A stretch of 64,000 nt of DNA from an uncultured Thermoleophilia bacterium (GCA_963798285.1 CAWCSR010000003.1:66777-130776), one strand, 5' to 3'; shown: positions 37,479 through 48,503, counted from the first letter of the stretch. Notes: generated by a model from the letters alone, not told the origin. Numbers and translations are program-made.

Positions 37479-37916
37479 GTGGGTGGGATGGCCGGCCTGT
37501 TCGACTTCATGAAGTACGACAAGGACGACCCCGGCGCGGAGGTCGACGAGGAGACGGCGTTCGAGCTGCGCCGTCTCGCCAACCTGTTCCTGCTCTCCGG
37601 CGTGACGCTGGCGCTGTTCGTCCTGCGTGCGTTCGCGGAGGCGCTGCTCCGTGACCTTCATCCCCCACGGCGTGTACGTCGCCTGGGGCGCTCATCCTCC
37701 TCATCGGCTGGGCGGCCACCGAGGTCTACGGCGTCTACGTCACCTTCACGGCGCGCCGCTGGGGCTGGTTCGTGCTCTGCCTCATCCCCGTCACCTGCGT
37801 GCCCGGTCTCGGTGGCCTACGCGTGGATCCGCCGCCAGGAGATCGAGCGCGCCGTCCTCGGTGACGAGCGCGCGCCGGCCGCGCGCCAGCGTCGCGGCGG
37901 CCGGAAGAAGCGCTGA
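37479..37916 (+). pseudogene. Small membrane protein, unknown function; two compensating frame breaks as assembled
   Basis: The N- and C-terminal parts are in frame 37479. The hydrophobic middle (GALILLIGWAATEVYGVYVTFTARRWGWFVLCLIPVTCVPG) is readable only in another frame (~37685-37805). Confidence 0.4.
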
Positions 37917-37981
37917 GCGACACGCCTCCACCTCGCAAGCGCCACCCGTGGCGCGCGGCGATCGTCTTCCTGGTCATCGTC

Positions 37982-38923
37982 GTGGCGCTGTTCCTCATCG
38001 TGCCGCGACTGGCCGGCCAGAAGCACGCGCTCGAGCTGCTGCAGGACGCCACGCCCGCCTGGCTGGCGGTGGCGGTCGCGGTCGAGTGCGTCTCGCTCTT
38101 CTTCTACTCGCTGCTCTTCCGCCGCCTGCTCGACCTCCTCCGTACCCTCTGTCGCTCGGCCTGGCGCTGCGCATCAACCTCGCCGGGCTCGCGGCCGCCC
38201 ATCTCTTCTCCGCCGGCGGCGTGGGCGGCGCGGCCGTGACCTACCGCGTGCTGCAGAAGCGCGGCATGCCCCACTCCCTCGTCCTGATCGCGGTGATCTT
38301 CCAGAACGCGTTCGCGTACATCGTGCTCTTTGCGCTCTTCGGCGCCGGCCTCACGGTGCTCATCCTGCGCGGGCAGGGCGGCGACGCGGCGGAGGTCGTC
38401 GCCGGCATCTTCGTCCTCCTGCTGCTCGGCGGCCGCCGGCTACGGCTTCTGGCTGCTCAGCCATCCCACGTCGCTGCGCCGGCGCGCGCACAAGGTCGTG
38501 GGCTGGCTCGAACGCCGGATCAAGCGCCTGGACGTGGACCCTTCCCAGCTGAACGAGTGGCTGGACGGAGTCGTGGACGGCTGGCGGCGCCTGCGCCGCG
38601 TAGGCTGGAGGCACGTAAGGACGCTGGGGCTCGCCGGCGGCTACTGGGCCTTCGACATCGGCTGCCTGCTCCTGGTCATGCTCGCGTTCCACCAGACGCT
38701 CTCGCCCGACAGGGTGCTGATCGCCTACGCCGTCGCCAACGTGGTCGGCACCTTCTCCCCCACGCCCGGCGGCCTCGGCGCCGTGGAGGGCGTCATGATC
38801 GCGCTGCTCGTGGGCTTCGACATGCCGTCGGCGGCGGCTGTCGCGGTGGTCCTCGTGTACCGCCTGATCAACTTCTGGCTGCCGATCCCCGCGGGGCTTG
38901 CCACCTACCTCAGCGTTCGCTAG
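37982..38923 (+). pseudogene. UPF0104/LPG-synthase-TM (flippase-like) membrane protein; two frame breaks; start uncertain (may extend to ~37913)
   Basis: Three collinear pieces in the frames of ORFs 37982, 37627 and 38330. Ends ...VANVVGTFSPTPGGLGAVEGVMIALLV...VLVYRLINFWLPIPAG. Confidence 0.65.
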
Positions 38924-39007
38924 CTTGCCCGTTCCATCCCCGGGGCCCCGCACCCCGCCTGCGCTCAGTCCTGCCACGCACGGCCTCGCGCACCCTGTGG
39001 TACTGTC

Positions 39008-40116
39008 GTGACCTTGGCGGAAGGGCCTGCCGACCCTGGGGGGAACGCCATCAAGAAGACGCTCCGCCACATCATCGTCTTCGCGGTCATCGTGCTGGCG
39101 CTCTACCTGCTGCTGCCCAAGCTCGTCGACACGCAGGAGACCGTCAAGTACGTCTCGCAGGCCAGCTACGTGCTGCTCGCGCTCGCCGTCGCCCTCGAGA
39201 TCGTGGCGCTGGCCGGGTACGCCAACCTCTTCCGCTACATCCTGCGCGTGCTCGACATCCGCCTGCGCCTGCGCGAGGTCTGGGCGATCACGCTGAGCGG
39301 CCTGGCCGTGAGCCACATCCTCTCGGCCGGCGGCGTCGGCGGCTGGGTCGTGACCTACAACGCGCTCATGAAGCACAAGGTGCCGCACGGCATCATCTTC
39401 GTCGCCATCGCGGCCCAGCAGTTCTTCAACTACGTGGTGCTCTGGTTCTTCTTCGCGATCGCGATGGTCTACCTGATCCTCGTGCGCGGCGGCGACTCGA
39501 TCTTCGGCTACCTGGCGGGCATCGTGCTCATCGTGCTCATCCTGTGGCTGACGCTCTACGGCGTGTACCTCTACAACCACCCCACGCGGCTGCGCCTGCG
39601 GGCGGCGCAGGTCGGCCCGTCTGGTGAACCGCGTGACGCGCCGCGAGGTGGTCAAGGAGCGCCACATCGACGGCTGGATCGACAACCTGCTGATCGGCAT
39701 GCGGCGCATGACCGGCCACCGCGGGGTCGTTCCGGAACACCCTTCTGTCCGCCTGCGTCTTCTGGTCCTTCGACGTGCTCTGCCTGTGGTGCACGTTCGC
39801 AGCGTTCGGCTACACGATCGGGCTCGGCCACCTGCTCGTGGGCTACGTGGTGGCGTACTCCATCGGGACGCTGGCGCCGACGCCGGGAGGGCTGGGCGCC
39901 ATCGAGGGCATCATGATCGCGCTCTACGTGAGCTTCGGCGTGCCGTCCGCCGTCGCCGTCGCCGTCGTGCTCGTCTACCGCATCATCAACTTCTGGCTGC
40001 CGATCCCGCCCGGCTTCATCGCCTACGCGGTCGTGCGGCCGGGCCGCCGCCCGATCGCCGAAGGCGAGGTGGAGGCGGCGGCCGACGAGGCCCCCGAAGA
40101 GCTCCTGAGCCGGTGA
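39008..40116 (+). pseudogene. UPF0104/LPG-synthase-TM (flippase-like) membrane protein, paralog; two frame breaks (~39615, ~39740)
   Basis: Pieces in the frames of ORFs 39008, 39624 and 39775. ...SIGTLAPTPGGLGAIEGIMIALYV...VLVYRIINFWLPIPPG. Confidence 0.65.
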
Positions 40117-40171
40117 GCGGAGCCGCGGCGGTGAGCCACGGCGGTGAGCCGCTGCGCTGCGGTGGGCGAGC

Positions 40172-41888
40172 TCAGGAGCCGGTGAGCCGGTACAGCTTGA
40201 GCACCGGCCCGCGCTCGCCCGGGCCGGGACGGAACTCCTTGACGAGCTGCGCCTGAGCGGCGAGCTGCTCGTAGAACGCCACCGCCGTCGGGTACACCTC
40301 AGGCGCGGCGAGCACCCTGTCGTAGATCCGGCTGCTCACCACGACGTACCCGACGTCCTGCCGCCGCAGCCGGGTGAGGTCGCGCGAGCGGTCCGGCATG
40401 CCCGGCGCCGGCAGGTTGAGCCGGACCACGCGGTAGGCGACCGGGTCGAGACCGGCCGCCCGGTAGTGGTCGAGCGCGTCCTCCCGCACCAGCGGCGGGC
40501 CGTAGTTCTCCATCGCGATCAGCGAGCCGGCCGGCACGTGCTGCTGGATCCACTCGCGGGCCACGCGCGCGCGTGTCCGTGCCGCTGAGGTCGCGGACGA
40601 AGGCGACCGAGGACGAGAGCGGCAGGACGAAGGCCACGGCGAGCACGACCGCGGCCACGGGGACGCGCGAAGCGCCGGGCGCGAGGCCGCAGCCAGCACG
40701 ACCGCCTCGACGCAGAGCCGCGCCGCCAGCAGGACGAGCAGCGGCACGATCGGCAGCAGGTAGCGGTCGGCGAGCTCCTTCCAGGTGCTGATGTAGACGA
40801 AGTACACGACGACGTAGGGCGCGACCATGAGGTCGAAGCGGGTGCGCCGCCAGAGCGCCCAGCCGACGCCGGCGACGCCGAGGACGACCAGCACGACCCC
40901 GATGGCGCCCGTCGAGGTTGGGCGTCACGTTGAACCAGAAGCCGTTGCCGGTGTGCTCGAAGCCCAGCCAGCCCTCTGCCCATGATCTGGCTCTGGCGGC
41001 GGAAGTCGCCGGAGGAAGTGCGGCGCGTCGAGCACGATGAACGGCGACGCGAGCGACGAAGGCGGCCGCCATCGGCAGGTAGAGCCGCACGACGAGCAGC
41101 CGCAGCCAGACGAGCACCGTCCGGCCGCCGGCCGCGACGCGCGCGGCGGCCTCCGCGCGGCACGCGTAGACGGCCGCCACGGTCGCCGGCAGGACGAGCA
41201 CACCGAGGTTGTACTTGGTCGACGTGGCGAGGCCGGCGGCGACCGCACCGGCGACGAGCCAGCGCGCGGCGTGTCGCCGCGCCGGCCCGCGACGTCTCGC
41301 CGTCCGTGAGCCGCGCGGCCGAAGGCGCACCACCGCCGGCCGGGCGGCGCGCAGCAGCAGCACCAGCGCGAGGAGCGAGAACGCGACCGCCGTCATGTCG
41401 GTCACCGCCATGTGCGAGTAGGCGACCGCCAGCGGCGCCGACCGCCAGGAGCAGCGCCGCGATGAGGCCGGCCGGGCGGCCGAAGGCGTCCCGGCCGAGC
41501 CGGTACACGAGGTAGACGGAGGCCGTGCCCATGGCCACCGACAGCAGCCGGCCGAGCAGGAAGTACGGCCCCTGGTCGACGACGAACGACGGTCTGGCGG
41601 AGGAAGTCGCCGTGGCCGAGCAGCCACCAGACCGGCGTCGGCCAGCAGGTACAGCGCGCCGGTCAGGTAGAAGTACAGCGACGGGTAGAAGAAGAACTGC
41701 GGGTCGAGGTGGCCCTGCGCGGCGTGGAACGCCTTGGGAACGACCATCGCTCTCGTCGGAGTTGACGAAGCTGTACGGAAGGCCGTAGGCGATGCCCTTG
41801 AGGCGCAGCGCCAGGGCCAGGACGAGGATGGCGGCCAGAAGGATGCCGGCGACGCCGAGGCGACCCGGCCGCCGGAGGAGCGGCTCAC
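40172..41888 (-). pseudogene. GT39/GT83-like (ArnT/PMT-type) membrane glycosyltransferase; about 10 frame changes as assembled
   Basis: Protein-like segments alternate among all three minus frames: LLRRPGRLGVAGILLAAILVLALALRL / FFFYPSLYFYLTGALYLL / GTASVYLVYRLGRDAFGRPAGLIAALLLAV / LATSTKYNLGVLVLPA / WLGFEHTGNGFWFN / C-terminal soluble domain. Confidence 0.6.
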
Positions 41889-42021
41889 GCGCCGCCGGCG
41901 GGAGTGGTGATCGCGCCGCCGTTCGCGTCGTCGCGGAAGCAGCTCATGCGCCGCCAGCGTTGTGGCGGACGAGCGCGGCGGGCAAGTCGTCGTGGTCCAC
42001 GGCGTGCGTCCGCGCCCCGCG

Positions 42022-42711
42022 TCAGGCGAGGCGCTCCTTCATGATGGCGACGCCGGCGCTCGTGCCGACCCGGACGGCGCCGGCGCTCACCATGCGCTCG
42101 ACGTCCGCCGCCGTGCGGATGCCGCCGGACGCCTTGACGCCGATGCGCGCGTCGAGGCAGTCGCGGAGCAGCTCGACGTCCTTGACGGTCGCCCCGTGGG
42201 GGCCGAGCCCGGTGGACGTCTTCACGAAGTCCACGCCCGCCTGCTCGCAGATGTGGCAGGCCAGGCGCTTCATCTTGTCGTCCAGGTAGCACGTCTCGAT
42301 GATCGCCTTGACGATCGACGTGCGCCGCGGCCGAGGTTGCTCGCCGCGCACGCGCACCGCGCGCACGACGCCGGTGAGCTCGTCGCGCACGAGCCCGAAC
42401 TCGCCGGAGAGGAACGCCGGCACGTTGATGACCACGTCGATCTCGTCGGCGCCGCGCTGGACCGCGTCGTCGGCCGCGAGCGCCTTGATCTTCGGCGTGT
42501 CGGCCCCGAAGGGGAACGAGATGACCGTGCACGTCTTGACGTCCGCTGCCGCGCAGCAGGTCCGCCGCGAGCGGCACGAAGTGCGGGAACAGGCAGACGG
42601 CCGCGAAGTGGTACCTGGCGGCCTCGCGCAGAGCCGTTCGACGTCGGCGCTCGTGGCGTCGGCGCGCAGCAGCGTGTGATCGATGGTCTTGGCGAGTTCT
42701 TCGGCCTGCAC
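42022..42711 (-). pseudogene. deoC: Deoxyribose-phosphate aldolase; compensating -1/+1 frame breaks (~42640 and ~42550)
   Basis: IDHTLLRADAT...VKTCTVISFPFG...VKASGGIRT. The segment EAARYHFAAVCLFPHFVPLAADLLRGS is readable only in another frame. GGAGGT RBS before GTG 42711. Confidence 0.8.
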
Positions 42712-42776
42712 GTCTCGACCTCCGGACAGCTGCACGGACAGGCGGAGCGGGGCGAGTATAGCAGCCGGGCGCGACG

Positions 42777-43678
42777 CTAGAGAAGCCGCTCGATGTACCG
42801 GTCGTCGCGGCGCCAGCGCTTGCGCACCTTGACGCGCAGGTCGAGGAAGACGTGCACGCCGAGGATGGCCTCGATCTCGTGGCGCGCGCCGCTGCCGATG
42901 GCCTTGACCACGCGCCCGCCCTTGCCGACGACGATCGCCTTCTGCGACTCGGTCTCCACGATCACGCTGGCCTCGATCTCGACCAGCGGGCGGTCCGTGC
43001 GCTCGGTGATCGAGCCGACCTCGGCGGCGATGGCGTGCGGCACCTCGTCGCGGGTGAGCCGCAGGGCCTGCTCGCGCACGAGCTCGGCGATGAGCAGCTC
43101 CAGCGGCTGGTCGCTCTGCTGACCCTCGGGGAAGTAGACCGGGCCCGGCGGCATGGCCGCCGCCAGCCGGGAGAGCACGTCGGCGAGGCCGTCCCCGCGC
43201 AGCGCCGAGACGGCCAGGACCTCGGCGCCCGCCGGAGAGCGGCGCGCGCCTCCTCGAGGCGCGCGCCCAGCCGGGGCCCGTTCACGAGGTCGATCTTGTT
43301 GAGCGCGACCACGGCCGGATGGCCGGCCGCGGCGACCGCCTGCGCGATGTAGCGGTCGCCGGCGCCGAACGTCTCGGTCGCGTTGAGCAGCACGAGCGCG
43401 GCGTCGACCTCGCCCAGCGCGTCGTCGACGGTGGTCTGCATGCGCCGCGTGAGCGAGTCGAAGGGCTTCTGGAAGCCCGGCAGGTCGAGCAGGACGACCT
43501 GACAGGCATCGAGCGTGACGACGCCGGTGATGCGCCGCCGCGTGGTCTGCGGGTGGTCGCTGACGATGCTGACCTTGCGCCCCACGAGGGCGTTGACCAG
43601 CGTCGACTTGCCGACGTTCGGCCGGCCGAAGACGGCGACGAACCCGCTGTGGAAGTCCTCAGGCACTCGCGCCTCCAT
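42777..43678 (-). pseudogene. era: GTPase Era; one frameshift near 43235 as assembled
   Basis: SGFVAVFGRPNVGKSTL, LLDLPG, LNKIDL in the frame of ORF 42962-43900. The KH domain (IVVGKGGRVVKAIG) is in the frame of ORF 42777-43178. Confidence 0.9.
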
Positions 43679-44073
43679 CGGGTAGAGCGAAAAGGCGCCG
43701 TGAGCAGGTCGCTGAGCCGCACGACGGTCAGCTCTCCGGCGGCACGGACGATGAGCTCGGGGTCGCCGAACTCGGCGAGCGCCTGCAGGCAGAGCCCGCA
43801 GGGCAGGCAGTCCGAACCGTCGAGCGCGGCGACGGCGACGAAGCGCAGCTCGCGCTCGCCGTGCGTCACGAGCGCCGCGAGCGCCGCCCGCTCCGCGCAC
43901 AGACCGGCGGGATAAGCGGCGTTCTCGACGTTGGCGCCGTGGTGGCTGCGGCCCGACGGGCCGACCGCCACGGCGCCTACCGCGTACCCGGAGTACGGCG
44001 CGTAGGCGTTCTTCGCCACGGTCAGCGCCTCCTGGAACAGGAGGCGTTCGGCGAGCTCCGGCGCGCGGCTCAT
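43659..44073 (-). pseudogene. cdd: Cytidine deaminase; 3' end uncertain (probable frame break near 43700)
   Basis: MSRAPE...AYAPYSGYAVGAV...CAERAALAALV...PCGLCLQALAEF. The in-frame ORF runs on without a stop into era. Confidence 0.7.
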
Positions 44074-44120
44074 CGACCGACGCAGTGGGCTTCTCGAGCG
44101 GTCATCCGAAGGCGAACCGC

Positions 44121-44843
44121 TCATATCGGGTACCAGACGCGGAAGAGCAGCGCGGTGATGGCGATGCCGAGCGCCGCGCCGACCGCCACCTCGGTCACCG
44201 AGTGGATCTTGGCCTGGATCCGGCTCTGGGCCACGAGCGCGGCCAGGAACAGCGTGATCGCCGAGATCGGCAGCGCGAAGGTGGTGCCGGCGGCGACGAA
44301 GGTCACCGCGACCCACGCCGCGAAGGCGAGCGCGGCGTGCACCGACGGCAACCCGCCCCGGAAGGCGGTGCCACGGTGGGTCAGCGCCTTGAGCGCGATG
44401 GCCGCCAGGATGACGATGAACAGCGAGATCACGGTGACGTCGATCGGCGAGCCGCGGAGCTTGCTCAGGATCGTGTACGGGACGCTGGTGATCTTGTCGT
44501 AGAAGACGAGGTAGGCGACGGCGACGGCGTTGACGGCGGCGATGAGCACGGCGCCCGCCGCCACGTCCTTGGCGATGCGGGCGCGCGGGTCGTCCTCGTC
44601 GGTCACGAGGTCGACGACGTGCTCGATGGCCGTGTTGAACATCTCGGTGATGAGCACGAACGAGATGGCGACCAGAAGCGCGATGACCTCCACGCGGGTG
44701 AGCGCGAAGAACAGGCCGGCCATGAGCACCAGCGCGGCGATGCCGAAGTGGATCCACATGTTGCGCTCGTAGCTGAGCGCGTGGACGATGCCGTCGAAGG
44801 CGAAGTTGAAGCTGGTGAGCAGGTTACCGCGACGTTGCGACAA
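44121..44843 (-). CDS. Fusion of a prokaryotic DgkA-type lipid kinase domain and a PAP2-type phosphatase domain
   Basis: 240 aa. N-terminal half has EMFNTAIEHVVDLV (DgkA motif). C-terminal half has GGLPSVHAA and SRIQAKIHSVTEV (PAP2 C2/C3-like). TTG start after GGGAGGG. Confidence 0.7.
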   Translation of the reverse strand: MSQRRGNLLTSFNFAFDGIVHALSYERNMWIHFGIAALVLMAGLFFALTRVEVIALLVAISFVLITEMFNTAIEHVVDLVTDEDDPRARIAKDVAAGAVLIAAVNAVAVAYLVFYDKITSVPYTILSKLRGSPIDVTVISLFIVILAAIALKALTHRGTAFRGGLPSVHAALAFAAWVAVTFVAAGTTFALPISAITLFLAALVAQSRIQAKIHSVTEVAVGAALGIAITALLFRVWYPI

Positions 44844-45387
44844 CGAGGCCCTCCCATTCGACGAGTTCGAGGACCTCGGCCTGGCGGAGTGCCATCTGGC
44901 CGGCGTCGGTCTCGTGGTCCCAGCCCAGCAGGTGCAGCGTGCCGTGCGCCAGCAGGACGGCGACCTCGAACGACGGCGGGAGGTCGTCGCCGCGCGCCTG
45001 CTCGAGGGCGCGGCGCGTGCAGATGACGATGTCGCCGAGCATCAGCGGCGGTCCGGCCGTGCCGGCGAGCACCGCCTCGGCCACATCGCCGAGATCCGGC
45101 GCGAGCGCGGCGATCACGACGGCCTCGGCCTCGCCGGGCGCTCCGGCGCCGTCAGTTGTGGGGTCGCCGGGCTCCCACTCCTCGAGCGGGAAGCTCAGGA
45201 CGTCCGTCACCTCGTCCTTGGCGCGGTACTCGCGGTTCAGGTCGCGGATGCGCTTCTCGCCGACGAACTCCACGCCGACCTCCGCGCCGACCACGCCCTC
45301 CTCCTCGAGCACCTTGGCGACGAGACGCGCGACGAGCTCCTCGTCGATCTTCGTCCGCGTCGCGTTGACCACCTCGACCACGTTCAT
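44824..45387 (-). CDS. ybeY: rRNA maturation RNase YbeY (with a ~40-aa internal insertion)
   Basis: 187 aa. TDVLSFPLEE...LLAHGTLHLLGWDHE. Confidence 0.85.
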   Translation of the reverse strand: MNVVEVVNATRTKIDEELVARLVAKVLEEEGVVGAEVGVEFVGEKRIRDLNREYRAKDEVTDVLSFPLEEWEPGDPTTDGAGAPGEAEAVVIAALAPDLGDVAEAVLAGTAGPPLMLGDIVICTRRALEQARGDDLPPSFEVAVLLAHGTLHLLGWDHETDAGQMALRQAEVLELVEWEGLVVATSR

Positions 45388-46408
45388 GAGCCCGGCTCCT
45401 CACGGCGGCCACCGTGCAGCGCCTGGCGCTGCGCCTTGGCCGCGTCGACCTCGTCGTCGTGCGCCTTGTACGCGTTGACGATGCGCTGGACGAGCTTGTG
45501 GCGCACCACGTCGTGGCCGTCGAACTGCACGACGCTGATGTCGTCTATCTCCTCGAGGACCTCGGTCACGGTGACGAGCCCCGAGGTCGCGGCTGTGCGG
45601 CAGGTCGATCTGGGTGACGTCGCCGGTGACGACCATCTTGCTGCCGAAGCCCAGCCGGGTGAGGAACATCTTCATCTGCTCCGGCGAGGTGTTCTGCGCC
45701 TCGTCGAGGATGATGAACGAGTCGTTGAGCGTGCGCCCGCGCATGAAGGCGAGCGGCGCGACCTCGATCTCGCCTTTCTCGATGAGCGCGGCGAGCTTCT
45801 CGCCGTCGATCATGTCGTAGAGGGCGTCGAACAGCGGCCGGAAGTACGGGTCGACCTTCTCGCTCACGGTGCCGGGCAGGAACCCGAGGCTCTCCCCCGC
45901 CTCCACGGCCGGCCGGGTGAGGATGATGCGCCCGACCTGCTTGCCGAAGAACGCGCTCACGGCCATCGCCGTGGCGAGGTACGTCTTGCCGGTGCCGGCC
46001 GGGCCGATGCCGAAGGTGATGGTGTTCTGGCGGATGGCGTCCACGTACAGCTTCTGGTTCACGGTGCGCGGGCCCACCTGGCGGCCCCGGTGCGTCCAGC
46101 ACCACGTCGCCGTACACCTCGGAGGGCTTGCCCGACGAGTTGATGGCGATGTCCATGAGCGACTCGACGATGCCGGGGTTGATCGGACGCCCGCCGCGGA
46201 TCACCGTGAGCAGCTCCTCGATGGCCGCGCGAGCCTTGTCCACGGCGTCGGTCTCGCCCTCGAGGATGAGGACGTTGCCGCGCAGCGTCAGCCTGCAGTC
46301 GAGACGCTGCTCGAGGATCTTGAGGTGCGCGTCGTGCTCACCGGCGAGGCTGAGCGCGGTGCTGTTGCCGTCGAGGTCGATGACTGTGCGTGACACGGGA
46401 GCCACCAT
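45384..46408 (-). pseudogene. phoH: PhoH-like ATPase; two frame breaks (~46085 and ~45590) as assembled
   Basis: The N-terminal, middle ([13 protein letters not shown]...FIILDEAQN...[12 protein letters not shown]) and C-terminal ([15 protein letters not shown]) pieces lie in three frames. GGGAGG RBS before ATG 46408. Confidence 0.85.
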
Positions 46409-46866
46409 CAGCCTCCCAGCCGCCCGCGGACCATGTCGCTGAGCTTCTTGCCGTCCGCGCGGCCGGCGACCTTGGGCTTGAGCCAGCCCATGACCTTGCC
46501 CATGTCCTTGGGCGTCACGGCGTCGGTGGCGGCGACGCCCTCGTCCACCAGCGCCTCGAGCTCCGCGTCGCTGAGCTCCTCCGGCATGAGACTTCTGAGG
46601 AGTTCCTCCTCGTACCGCTCCTGGTCGGCCAGGTCCTGACGCCCGGCCTCGTCGTACAGCGCGATCGCCTCCGCGCGCCGCTTGCGCTCGCGCTTGAGGA
46701 CCGTGAGCTCGTCGGCCTCCGTGGGCTCCTTGCGGCTGTCGATGCGCTCCTTCTTGAGCGCCGCGACGAAGGAGCTGCAGGCCTCGCGGCGCCGCTTGTC
46801 GCCGGCCTTGAGCGCGGCGATGCCGTCGTCCTTGATGCGCTGTTCGATGGCGCCGAGCTCTCTCAT
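46408..46866 (-). CDS. GatB/YqeY domain protein
   Basis: MRELGAIEQRIKDDGIAALKAGDK...MGKVMGWLKPKVAGRADGKKLSDMV. ATGA/TGATG coupling at both ends. Confidence 0.75.
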   Translation of the reverse strand: MRELGAIEQRIKDDGIAALKAGDKRRREACSSFVAALKKERIDSRKEPTEADELTVLKRERKRRAEAIALYDEAGRQDLADQERYEEELLRSLMPEELSDAELEALVDEGVAATDAVTPKDMGKVMGWLKPKVAGRADGKKLSDMVRGRLGG

Positions 46867-47064
46867 ACCATGCCTCCAAGGGCGGGCCCCGCAGATGACG
46901 TGCCAGTGCAGGTGCATGACCTCCTGGCCGGCGTTGGGGCCGATGTTCGTGATGACTCCGTAGCCGGTCTCCGCCACGCCGGCGGAGCGGGCCGTGGCGG
47001 CGATGAAGGCGAGCGGCGGCGCCTCGGTGCCCCGCTCAATACCTTGACCACGCTGGCTATCCAT
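46863..47064 (-). pseudogene. HIT-family protein remnant (C-terminal half only, plus a terminal frame break)
   Basis: ...GYGVITNIGPNAGQEVMHLHWHVI (HxHxHxx histidine triad). No room for the N-terminal half between here and the mtaB stop at 47057. Confidence 0.4.
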
Positions 47065-48503
47065 TCGTCTGCTCCCCGACCGGGCCGAGGACACGCCCCG
47101 TCACCCCGTCTGCGGTCGTCTCGTCGGCGACCACCCTGACCAGCTCGCCACGCCGCGCGGCGCCGCGCAGCGAGAACCGTACGTACTCCGAACTGTACCC
47201 CCTCCAGAGACCGTCGCGCCGCTCCTCGACCAGGACCTCCGCCTCGCGACCGAGCGTGGCCCGGCGCGCGGCCAGCGCGGCCGCCTCGGCGGCCGCGAGC
47301 GCGCGCCCCATGCGCTCCCTGACGACCGCGGCCGGCAGCTGCGGCAGCTCCGCTGCCGCCGTCCCCGGCCGCGGCGAATACGCGAACACGTGCGCGCGCC
47401 CGAAGAGGCCGCTCTGCAGCGTCTCCAGCGTGCGCGCGAACGCGGCCTCGTCCTCGGTGGGGTAACCGACGATCACGTCGGTACTGAGCATACCGTCCCC
47501 AGCCACGCGCCGCAGGCCCTCGACGACGCGCAGGTACCCGTCGAATGTGTACGGGCGATTCATCGCCCGCAGCACGCCGTCGTCCGCCGACTGCAGCGGC
47601 ACGTGCAGGTGCCGCGCCACCCGCGGATGCTCGAGCGTCTGGAGCAGCCGCGCGTCCACGTGCCGTGGCTCGACCGAGGACAGGCGCACCCGCCGTAGTC
47701 CGTCGAGCTCGGCGATCGCGGCGACCAGCTCGGGCAGCCGCGCGTCGCCGTCGCGCCAGGCCCCCAGGTCGATGCCGCTGAGCACGACCTCGCCGCAGCC
47801 GCCGGGCGATGCCCGCGCGTGCTGACGCGAGCGCCTCAGCGAGCGACACGCTGCGAGGCTCGCCGCGCACCAGGCGCACGACACAGTACGCGCAGACCCC
47901 GGCGCAGCCGTCCTGCACCTTGAGCACGAGCCGCGTGCGCGTGCCCGGGGTGGCGCGCGGCGCCTCGGCCGGCGCGGGAGCACCAGGGGCGCCGGCCGGC
48001 TGCGGAGAAGCGCCGGCCTGCTGCCGAGCAGCCCCACATGCCTCGTCCGGAGTGGCGTCAGCCATGACGCCGTGGGTGGCATCACGAGTGGCTTCACCCA
48101 CGACGTCATGGGTGGCATCACCAACGGCGCCTGTCCCTCCAGCGACATCCTTCGTCCCTGCAGCGCGATCGGCCGCACCGCTCTTCGCCAACCGTCCGGC
48201 CAGCGCCGCCCAGTCGGGCCGCGCGGCGACCGTCACACCGTCGCCCTCGAACTGCTCCGGGCGCAGCACCGCCGCGCAGCCTGCCACCACGACGTGCCTG
48301 CCGCCGGCGGCCGCGCGCCGGACCAGGCGCCGGGACTTGCGCTCGGCCTCGGCCGTCACGCAGCACGTGTGCACGACGACCACGTCGGCCGCACCCCAGG
48401 CCGTCACCGGCTCGAGACCGGCGGCGACGAGGCTCGCGAGAGCCTCCTCTCCGTCGGCCTGGCTGATCTTGCAGCCGACGAAGCTGGCGGCGACCTTGGT
48501 CAC
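47057..48503 (-). pseudogene. mtaB: MiaB-family radical-SAM methylthiotransferase (MtaB-like); one frameshift near 47807; low-complexity insertion
   Basis: VAASFVGCKISQADGE...VVVHTCCVT; VQDGCAGVCAYCVV (CxxxCxxC); then GEVVLSGIDLGAW...HLHVPLQSADD...TRAM-like end in the frame of ORF 47057-48178. Confidence 0.8.
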
